Assembly (NCBI GenBank): GCA_020638975.1
Contig: JACKHN010000020.1
Coordinates: forward strand, 1 to 64,000
Length of the DNA stretch: 64,000 bases
DNA from: Planctomycetaceae bacterium
GTDB lineage: Bacteria > Planctomycetota > Planctomycetia > Pirellulales > Pirellulaceae
Reading direction: 5' to 3'
Under the pieces are notes generated by a model. That model was not told where the DNA came from, made no database searches, and saw only the letters and a program-made list of their open reading frames with translations. This document shows positions 40,166-49,423 of this stretch, piece by piece. The position numbers and the translations under genes were made by a program. Position 1 is the stretch's first letter, and each line of letters begins with the position of its first letter.

Positions 40166-41920
40166 TTAGGAGGCCATCTTCTTGAGAGCTTCGCCGGCAG
40201 CTTGCCGTACGATCTCTGCCGCGTCATTGTCGCGAACTTCCTGCAGCTTGGCAGTTGCTCGCTCACCAACATTACCAAGTTCGCCCAGCATCGTCGCGGC
40301 TCCGGCGCGCACCAGTTCACGTTCGTCTTCCAGCGCCTTGAGCAACAGCGAAGTCGCCTTGATACGGCGGGCCGGGTTACCTGGCTGGATTTGCCAAAGT
40401 GCAACAACACTGGCAGCTCGAATGATCACGCTATCGCTGCCTTCCGCTCGTTGTAGCGCTGGCACGGCGGCGCGGGCTGCGTCGCCCATCTTGCCGAGCG
40501 CATAGGCGGCACTTGCAGCGACGCCTTCGTCAGTTGATGCAAGTCCCTTGACCAATACCGGAATCGCGTCTTTCGCGGCGGGGCCGATCGCTGAGAGGGC
40601 GAACTGTGCCTCACGAGTAAACTCCAAATCCTCGGGGCTGTCGGTCTGTTCGCCGAGCACGGCGATCAATGCGGGGACGGTTGTGTCGGCTTCTCGGCCA
40701 AGCTTTGCGATCAGTCGAACCGCGTAGTGGCGCAGCCCTTTATTTGTGAGAGCATCGTCAACATGCTGAAGCGCCTTTGGACCGAAACTTGCGAGTGCCG
40801 CAATCGCGTTCGCCACGACAGTGGCATCTTTGTCTTCGAGTGCTTTCACCAGCAGCGGTGCGACAATCTCGCGATCCACATCAAACTCGACCATCGCACG
40901 AGCTGCCGCCTGCCGCACATGGACATCTTCGCTCTTGAAGGAGTCCACAAGCAATTCAACGGCTTCAGCGACAAGTTCCTTATTGGTCGGATTCGTCTTC
41001 GCCAGTGCCCAAGCGCAGATCGTTCTTCCGAACTCGTCTTCGCTTTTCATCCCCTTAAGAAGCAGTTCACGCGATTCACCATCGGTGTCGAGTTCGCCCA
41101 AGGCATAGATCGCGGCGTAACGAACATCTTTGAATTCGTCATGCTCGGCAATGGCGGCAATGGCGGGGACCGCAGCCTTCGCACCGGCTCCAATTTTGCC
41201 GAGTGCAACGAGCGCTTCGAGACGAACATGCGGATCTGCGGTCTTGAGTACTTCCTGAATCTCTGGAACGGCCTCGGCGGCATCTGGTCCAATTTCTGCG
41301 AGCACCAGACACGCCCAGTACTGTGCCTTTTCATACTTCAACGCATTTCGCAGCCGTGGTACTGCATCTTTGCCTTGTTCTGCCAACGAATGCAACGCTG
41401 GAAGAATTACCGAGGCATCGCCTTGCTCCAGAATCTTCAGCACGAGAGGGAGTGTCTTTTCCTGCGGTGGATCGATCAGCTGCAACGCACGCAACGCGGC
41501 ACGACGAACAAGCACTTCCTCATCGAACACGATTTCAATCAATCTGTCCGCAGCCGACATTGCCGGTTTGCCGATTCGACCCAGAGCGTAAGCTGCGTAG
41601 GCACGAACCTTGACGCGTTCATCGTCAAGTGCGGCAATCAGTACCGGAACGGCGCTCGCCGCTCCTTCGCCGATCGCTCCCAACGTGCGTGCCGCATGCC
41701 AAACGACTTCTTCGTCGCTATCCTTCAAGGCAGCAGCAACCGCCGCGACCGCGTCATTGGCATTGCCACCTTGCTCCGCAATTCCGTCTAAAGCTTGCAA
41801 GCGAACAAGCTTGTCAGCGTTGTTAATGTCCTTGACCAACTGCTCTAGGTCGGCATCTTGTGCCTGAACCGTTGCGGCAAACGCGACCAGCAGTGAAAGC
41901 ACCGAGAGGAGAGAACGCAT
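40166..41920 (-). CDS. Secreted HEAT/ARM-repeat protein
   Basis: Signal peptide MRSLLSVLSLLVAFAATVQA with a GAGGT Shine-Dalgarno. Throughout it carries more than 12 repeats of a DxxVRxxAAxALGxIG pattern, which matches PBS-lyase HEAT repeats. A 12-nt gap separates it from the FHA-ABC gene. Confidence 0.7.
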   Translation of the reverse strand: MRSLLSVLSLLVAFAATVQAQDADLEQLVKDINNADKLVRLQALDGIAEQGGNANDAVAAVAAALKDSDEEVVWHAARTLGAIGEGAASAVPVLIAALDDERVKVRAYAAYALGRIGKPAMSAADRLIEIVFDEEVLVRRAALRALQLIDPPQEKTLPLVLKILEQGDASVILPALHSLAEQGKDAVPRLRNALKYEKAQYWACLVLAEIGPDAAEAVPEIQEVLKTADPHVRLEALVALGKIGAGAKAAVPAIAAIAEHDEFKDVRYAAIYALGELDTDGESRELLLKGMKSEDEFGRTICAWALAKTNPTNKELVAEAVELLVDSFKSEDVHVRQAAARAMVEFDVDREIVAPLLVKALEDKDATVVANAIAALASFGPKALQHVDDALTNKGLRHYAVRLIAKLGREADTTVPALIAVLGEQTDSPEDLEFTREAQFALSAIGPAAKDAIPVLVKGLASTDEGVAASAAYALGKMGDAARAAVPALQRAEGSDSVIIRAASVVALWQIQPGNPARRIKATSLLLKALEDERELVRAGAATMLGELGNVGERATAKLQEVRDNDAAEIVRQAAGEALKKMAS

Positions 41921-41989
41921 TATTAACCTCGAGAAGATTCGTCGTGAGCGTTGGAACAAGATCAAACGGCATCGCGGTTGCGAGTGACA

Positions 41990-42643
41990 CTAACCTGCTT
42001 GAAAGCCTGCTTCATAGGCGAGACTTTCCAAGAACTTGCGGGCCTCTATCGAAGCGTTGCCACCGAGCTGCTGGCTGTACTTTCGTAGTTCTTCCGTCAT
42101 CTCGCTGGTCAGCTTTTTGACTTCAACGTACTGATCGGGAGTCAGAAAACCCTTGTCAGCGCGCTCGGCGTAGATGGCGTCCAAACGATCGCGATCGTCT
42201 TTGAGCGAATCCATCCGCAAGCCGAGAGGCCAAGCCAACTCTCCCGTCAGTGGATCGATCTTGTTCGCAGACAATCGGTCAGGCAGCCGCGCCTGACTAA
42301 GGCGAATAGCTTGCTGTTGCGACGGAGGGGGCGTGCGCTGGGCGGCTCGATATTGCTGGTTGATCGATTTCTTTTGGAAATAGGTTTGCGTATAGAGCAA
42401 ATCGTTCTCGATGCCCTTCTTCTGCGACTCCCGCAAATTGATCGCAGCTTCAGAATTCATAAGATTTGCGGCACCCTGCGAGCGGACGACATCTGCCATC
42501 CCGCGAGCGGCTCCTTCTTCGGCCGTTGAGGCGTGGTGATAACTCCCCGGGCCGACGGCGCTGAAATAGGGATTCATACCTTGGGCGTAGAGGAGAGCTG
42601 TACCTCCCAAGACCAATAGCGGCGCTAACACTGCAACTCGCAT
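41990..42643 (-). CDS. Secreted hypothetical protein (coiled-coil rich)
   Basis: Signal peptide MRVAVLAPLLVLGGTALLYAQG. It lies upstream of, and on the same strand as, the HEAT/FHA-ABC genes. Confidence 0.5.
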   Translation of the reverse strand: MRVAVLAPLLVLGGTALLYAQGMNPYFSAVGPGSYHHASTAEEGAARGMADVVRSQGAANLMNSEAAINLRESQKKGIENDLLYTQTYFQKKSINQQYRAAQRTPPPSQQQAIRLSQARLPDRLSANKIDPLTGELAWPLGLRMDSLKDDRDRLDAIYAERADKGFLTPDQYVEVKKLTSEMTEELRKYSQQLGGNASIEARKFLESLAYEAGFQAG

Positions 42644-42900
42644 CTTCTACCTCCAAGGCTTCGTTGAGCGAGATTTGATTGTCTCAAACTAACTCAATAA
42701 TCACACGTATCCCGACGACATGCAAGTCGCCTGCCCGTCTAGGATAACCACGAATTTTAGGGAAAGCAAAAGATGGGTGAATATTGGAGTGTGTTCTAGG
42801 CTGAGAACCGGTCATTCTGTATCAAAACCGAGCGGTGGAACGTCTTCTGACGATTCCCAGGGGCGCTGATAACGCGACGTTCCAACGCTAGACTAACACC

Positions 42901-43245
42901 ATGGCCAAGTGCGATGAGGGATACATTTGTGAAGTATGCGGCGAAGACGTGGCGGCGATCACCGACAGCGACCTGTATTTGCGGTACGTGATCGGCCAGG
43001 TTGACCCCGAAACGCTACATACAACCCGCGAACGGCACATCCGTTGCAACCCCGCCCTCGCTCAATTCATCGTTGACGAGATGTTCGAGCCAGTTCGTTG
43101 TGACGGCCCGTTCGACAAGGACTTACTTGACGAGGACTTCGTGAAAACGCGAGAAGAACTCGTCACGCGGGGCTGGCGTCGTCTGCGTGAAGTCGTCAAG
43201 CGACAACTCCCCATCGTGGAGTATCCGCTCGTGCAGAAACATTAG
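42901..43245 (+). CDS. Hypothetical Cys-containing small protein
   Basis: CDEGYICEVCGE pairs suggest a zinc-binding N-terminus. It is the only sizeable ORF in an otherwise empty ~800-bp gap. Confidence 0.4.
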   Translation: MAKCDEGYICEVCGEDVAAITDSDLYLRYVIGQVDPETLHTTRERHIRCNPALAQFIVDEMFEPVRCDGPFDKDLLDEDFVKTREELVTRGWRRLREVVKRQLPIVEYPLVQKH

Positions 43246-43447
43246 CATTTCACTCCACTTCTGCGGACGTGCCTTCTACCTAATCGTCGCCAACGATGGA
43301 ATGCTCTCTTTGCGGTAGACTCCTTCGTTTGGACATATTAATTCACTCCTGGCGGTCGATGGGGACTTGCGATGAGTGCCGAAGGGTGCTGTAGAATCTT
43401 GAGTTGTGTGGTAGACGATCAAACAATCTTCGCTAAAGGGAAGTTTT

Positions 43448-44188
43448 ATGTCGCTGCGTCATTTCGTCGTTGCGTCCTGCTCACTGGGTTTGCTTTTGAT
43501 TTCCATACCAAACTCACGGATTGCTTATGCAGAAGATTCTTTCGAACTGGCGTTCACATCATTGGACACCAATGGTGACGGCTTCCTCTCAGGGACGGAA
43601 ACTGCGACCGTGCGCACTTACGACCAGGACGACGATGCAGAGATCTCGTTTGATGAGTATATCGCGGGACGCGAGTCGGACGCTCGCAAGGCACGCAGGC
43701 CTGTCGCTGCGCTCGATGCGGCTGCAGCAATTGAGAAGTTCCAGGCGTTGGATGGTAATCGAGATGATCGACTATCTGGCACGGAGATGCTCGGCATCGA
43801 GAGATACGATACGAACGGAGATCTGCGAATAACGAAAGAAGAGTATCTGGCAGGAGTGTCTTCGCCGAAGCGCGACTCAGACAACGATCGCGTGATGGTG
43901 GTTCCGGTCGGCGAGCAACCGTTCATGGTAACGATGGGAGAAACAGTTCGGATCACGGGAAATGGCACCGCCGGATCACGGATCTCAGCAGAAGTGAGTG
44001 GCCCAGCAAAAGCGACGCGTGCCAATTATGTACGTTTCGTGATTGAAGGCGAACCTGCAATCGGCGGCCTCGACCGCGACTTCGAGATCGAACCAACGGG
44101 AGTGGGGGAAGTCTCGGTGGTAGTCACGGTCGAGTACCCAACCGGGGATACACCAAGCAAATCGCGGTATCGCTTCAACGTTCGGTAA
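43448..44188 (+). CDS. Secreted EF-hand calcium-binding protein
   Basis: Four DxDxDG-type loops (DTNGDGFLSGTE, DQDDDAEISFDEY, DGNRDDRLSGTE, DTNGDLRITKEEY). Signal peptide present, with an AAGGGAAG Shine-Dalgarno. Confidence 0.7.
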   Translation: MSLRHFVVASCSLGLLLISIPNSRIAYAEDSFELAFTSLDTNGDGFLSGTETATVRTYDQDDDAEISFDEYIAGRESDARKARRPVAALDAAAAIEKFQALDGNRDDRLSGTEMLGIERYDTNGDLRITKEEYLAGVSSPKRDSDNDRVMVVPVGEQPFMVTMGETVRITGNGTAGSRISAEVSGPAKATRANYVRFVIEGEPAIGGLDRDFEIEPTGVGEVSVVVTVEYPTGDTPSKSRYRFNVR

Positions 44189-44303
44189 GTCGCCCGCGAA
44201 ACGCGACATCGTCGACCGAAGGTGATGAGGCTTGTGCGATATCCGCAGCTAAGCGACGCTTTCTCGCTACAGATATCTCTTCGCAATCAGCGAGAATCCG
44301 GCT

Positions 44304-45254
44304 CTAACGCGATGTCGCTTTAGCCAACGCGATCGCGCCGTGCACCACGACGTCTTCGCCAAGTGCCGCCGGAAGAATTCTGTACGCCTTCGCAACTGGC
44401 GGGAATACATAGCGGGCGACCTCGCAGCGAAGAGGCTGAAAGAATCGCTCTTCGCCAATTAACGACACACCTCCACCAACGACGACCACGTCTGCCGCTG
44501 TGATTGTGATCACCTGTGCAATCGCCCAGCCAAGAACGCAAGTGGATTGAAAGAGCGCGGACTTGGCGATCGAGTTTCCGGTCGCTGCCAGATTAGCTAG
44601 TATCTTTGCAGTTAGCACCGACTCCATTTTGCAGTGCCTTAATTCGCTCTTTGCTGCTTCGTCGTCGGACGACTCAAGCAGTCGTTCGGCGGCATCAACG
44701 ATCGCGGGCCCTGCGGCATAGGATTCGACCGTAGCAACTGGCGTGTCTGCACTCAGCCCCGGACGGAGATGACCGATCTCGGCAACAGCCGGACGGCCTT
44801 TTCCATGTAGCCTACCGCCGATCACCAGCCCGCCTCCGATGCCAGTCCCGACCGTGACGTAGAAGACAGTCCGACTCCCCTGCCCTGCCCCGAACAAGGC
44901 TTCGGCCAATGCGGCACAATCGCAGTCGTTGCCCAAGACGGTCGGGACGCCAAATTTTTCTTCGCACCACGATCCCAGCGGCACGTCATCCCATCCAGCG
45001 ACTTGATGGCTCTTAATGACGCAACCGCGTTCACTATCCACGGGCCCGCCAAAGCCAACTCCGATGCGTTGCACTGGATACGCGGCAAGGAGCTTCTTGC
45101 CTGCCTCTTCGATTTGTGCCAGGATCCCCGTCGCTCCTTTGGAGATGTCAATGTCGCGACGTTCGAACGCCGTGAACTTGCTGCCATCTCCGGCACTAAT
45201 GCCGAGTTGCAACTTCGTCCCGCCGATCTCGATTCCGAGGAAATGCTTGGTCAT
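44304..45254 (-). CDS. ROK-family sugar kinase (glucokinase-like)
   Basis: GIEIGGTKLQLGI N-terminal ATP site and YVTVGTGIGGGLVIGGRLHGKG ROK signature. Start trimmed to MTKHFLG. Confidence 0.8.
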   Translation of the reverse strand: MTKHFLGIEIGGTKLQLGISAGDGSKFTAFERRDIDISKGATGILAQIEEAGKKLLAAYPVQRIGVGFGGPVDSERGCVIKSHQVAGWDDVPLGSWCEEKFGVPTVLGNDCDCAALAEALFGAGQGSRTVFYVTVGTGIGGGLVIGGRLHGKGRPAVAEIGHLRPGLSADTPVATVESYAAGPAIVDAAERLLESSDDEAAKSELRHCKMESVLTAKILANLAATGNSIAKSALFQSTCVLGWAIAQVITITAADVVVVGGGVSLIGEERFFQPLRCEVARYVFPPVAKAYRILPAALGEDVVVHGAIALAKATSR

Positions 45255-45865
45255 TGGTCCGTTGCGTACCTGCCTTCGTGATTGATGCGCGCGAAGACGT
45301 CGTTCAGCACCCAGTGGAACAGGCACAAGTGAATACTCTCGACCATGCCCATATCGTTCAGTTCGACGTGCAACCCGTCCGTCTGCATCTGCTTTAGCTT
45401 GCCGCCGGAGTAGCCGGTCAAACCAAATGTCGTCAGGCCGTGGCGATTTGCCCAGTCAACGGCGTTCAGCACGTTGGGACTATTGCCCGAACCACTGATC
45501 GCGATGACCAGATCGCCCTTGCTGCCGTAGTTCATCAGTTGCTGAACAAAGATCTGGTCGTAAGCCAAGTCGTTGCCAACCGCCATCAGCCAGCCCGCAT
45601 TATCCGTCAGACTGAGCACCTTCAATCGCTTCTTCGATTCGTCGTTCAGGTCACGCTCATGCAGCGTGCTCTTGCCGAGATCTTCCGCCATGTGGCTGGC
45701 GGTTGTACCAGAACCGCCATTTCCAAAGATGAATACGAAGCGTTCGTCTTGCCATGCTTTGTAGATCAAATCCGCCCAGCGTTGCATCGCCGCTTGATCG
45801 ATACGACTGACTTCTTCGTTCAAGCGTCCAAGATAGGCGTCACTCGCCAATGTTGCGCCCAGCAT
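45251..45865 (-). CDS. gmhA: Phosphoheptose isomerase (SIS domain)
   Basis: FVFIFGNGGSGTTASHMAEDL...LSLTDNAGWLMAVGNDLAYDQIFVQQL...GDLVIAISGSGNSPNV aligns to E. coli GmhA ([23 protein letters not shown]...). Start trimmed to MLGATLA, with ATGA overlaps to both neighbouring genes. Confidence 0.75.
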   Translation of the reverse strand: MLGATLASDAYLGRLNEEVSRIDQAAMQRWADLIYKAWQDERFVFIFGNGGSGTTASHMAEDLGKSTLHERDLNDESKKRLKVLSLTDNAGWLMAVGNDLAYDQIFVQQLMNYGSKGDLVIAISGSGNSPNVLNAVDWANRHGLTTFGLTGYSGGKLKQMQTDGLHVELNDMGMVESIHLCLFHWVLNDVFARINHEGRYATDQ

Positions 45866-47181
45866 CACGCCGCTCCATCCATTAAAGGTGTGTCTTTCGG
45901 TCGGTACAAAACTGCCACGACCAGCAGTAACGAGGCCGTGAACGCAAATGTATAACTGCTTGGCCACGCGAAGAGAACCAGGATGCGACCCGACGCCCAA
46001 TACAGGCCGGCCGACATGGTAATGCCGATCCAGTTACAAAGATTCATGGTGGCAATCATTCGACCCTTCTCACCCGCAGGTGGCCGCGACTGGAGAAACA
46101 CTTGCAATGGCACCGCAAACATGCCTGTAAACATGCCCAAAAGAATGAGGGCCACCAAGCTTCCCCAGTAACCCAGCAGATGCGGTCGGCCATCCCAACC
46201 TTGCGGAGCCATTAGCAACAAGAAGACGACAAGTCCCCACAATCCCGTCTTCAAGACGCGCGTATTGAATCGATTCTTAGAAGCAGCCCCCGCGATGACA
46301 CTGCCGATAGCAATTCCAATGCTGACCGCCGCCGTCAGCAGGCTGGTCCAGAATTCGTTCTCCTGCAGTTGCAACTTGCCTAAAGCGATCACCGCCATTT
46401 GAACCATCGCTGCGGCGAGCCAGAAGACGCTGGATGCCAACAAGGCGTTGAGGAGTGGACGATCTTCGCGAAGCATTTTTCGTGTTTCACGAGAGATCCA
46501 CAACGTCGTTGCTTCGAATTTTAATCCTGGAGCGCTGGGCGGAACGGGGCGCACAAGCAGGGACGTTCCCGTACCGGCGATTGCCACGAGAATGCAGAAC
46601 ACTCCCAACGCCCAAAGCAAGTTCGGGAAGAACAGTCCGGCTAAGGCGCTGCCAAAGATGATCGCCAGGAACGTCGTCATCAGAATAATGCCGTTGGCTT
46701 GCGGCAAGTCGCGTTCGCGAAACAGTTCGGGAAGGATTCCGTACTTGCCTGGCCCGAAGAACGCACTTTGCGATCCCATGCAGAACAGCACAATCGACAG
46801 CAACGCAACTAACAACGGAGTAATCCCTTGCCGGGCACAGAGCACGAACAGCAAAGCCCCCATCGCCATAATCACGATCTCGGCCACTTTGCTCAGATAG
46901 ATCACGGTCCGCTTGCCGCTCCGATCCGATAGGAATCCGGCGTAGCCTGAGAACAGAATGAACGGCACGGAGAAGACTAACGTCCCGAGCCATTGCAAAT
47001 CGCGCGTACCGCCAGCAACCGGAACAGCAACGAACAACAACAGCAATGCCTGCTTGAACAGGTTATCGTTGAATGCGCCCAGAAATTGCGTCGCGGTCAT
47101 TCCGATAAACGAGCGGTCGCGCCACAGCGGCGGCGAGACGGCATCGGAGCCTTCGTTCAGCGCGCCGGAGTTGTCAGACAT
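45865..47181 (-). CDS. MFS transporter, LplT-like (lysophospholipid transporter family)
   Basis: TATQFLGAFNDNLFKQALLLL is the LplT-type N-terminal motif. Twelve TM helices. Confidence 0.8.
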   Translation of the reverse strand: MSDNSGALNEGSDAVSPPLWRDRSFIGMTATQFLGAFNDNLFKQALLLLFVAVPVAGGTRDLQWLGTLVFSVPFILFSGYAGFLSDRSGKRTVIYLSKVAEIVIMAMGALLFVLCARQGITPLLVALLSIVLFCMGSQSAFFGPGKYGILPELFRERDLPQANGIILMTTFLAIIFGSALAGLFFPNLLWALGVFCILVAIAGTGTSLLVRPVPPSAPGLKFEATTLWISRETRKMLREDRPLLNALLASSVFWLAAAMVQMAVIALGKLQLQENEFWTSLLTAAVSIGIAIGSVIAGAASKNRFNTRVLKTGLWGLVVFLLLMAPQGWDGRPHLLGYWGSLVALILLGMFTGMFAVPLQVFLQSRPPAGEKGRMIATMNLCNWIGITMSAGLYWASGRILVLFAWPSSYTFAFTASLLLVVAVLYRPKDTPLMDGAA

Positions 47182-47242
47182 TTGGCTTCGCTTCGCTCAC
47201 TGACGAATTGAAATACGAGCGAGGGGCCCGATCTCTACGGAA

Positions 47243-48760
<1,518 letters not shown>

Positions 48761-48934
48761 CTACGGAGACTTCGGAAGTTTTATCTCGCTAAGGCCCCGA
48801 TTATAAATCGCGACTCTTAGCCTCTTTGCAATCGAGAAGAAAAGCGGTCACAATACCGCGTCACTTCAACACCCCATCGCATCGCTGTACCACACTTTGG
48901 TCGGGGCCAGCTGTGCATCGCGAAAGGAAACACA

Positions 48935-49405
48935 ATGAGCAGCAATCCGTACGAGAATCCTTACCAACCGGCTCCAGGTGGAAACTTCGCAGGAGGTGGA
49001 GGACCACCGTCAGGGAATGCCAGTGAGTTGGTGAATATGCCGGCGACGCTACTGCTGGTCGCTGGCGGACTTGGCGTCGCGGCACACATTCTCGGCATTC
49101 TGCTCAACATTCTCGGTGTCAGCATGATGGGCGCAGCGCCTGCTGAGGGTGGTCCTGACCAGACGGCCATGGTCGCTCAGGGCATCGGAGCGATCGTCGG
49201 AGCCGCGATCGGCCTTGGATTTGATGCCTTGGTGATCGTGGGTGCCTTGAAGATGAAGAAACTTGAGTCCTATGGCTTGGCAATGGCGGCGTCGATCATT
49301 GCCATGCTGCCTTGCATTTCATGCGGTTGCTTGTTGGGCTTACCCATTGGCATTTGGTCGCTTGTCGTCCTGAACAAGCCCGAAGTTAAATCCGCATTTC
49401 GTTAA
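48935..49405 (+). CDS. Small membrane protein with N-terminal NPYxNPY motif and Gly-rich linker
   Basis: MSSNPYENPYQPAPGGNFAGGGGPP, then four hydrophobic helices. An AAAGGA Shine-Dalgarno lies 8 nt upstream. Confidence 0.6.
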   Translation: MSSNPYENPYQPAPGGNFAGGGGPPSGNASELVNMPATLLLVAGGLGVAAHILGILLNILGVSMMGAAPAEGGPDQTAMVAQGIGAIVGAAIGLGFDALVIVGALKMKKLESYGLAMAASIIAMLPCISCGCLLGLPIGIWSLVVLNKPEVKSAFR

Positions 49406-49423
49406 ATAGAACTCGGATCGGTT

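Noticed and set aside
40727-41791. 354-aa plus-strand ORF
   Set aside because: It is antisense to the HEAT-repeat gene and has no domain signal.
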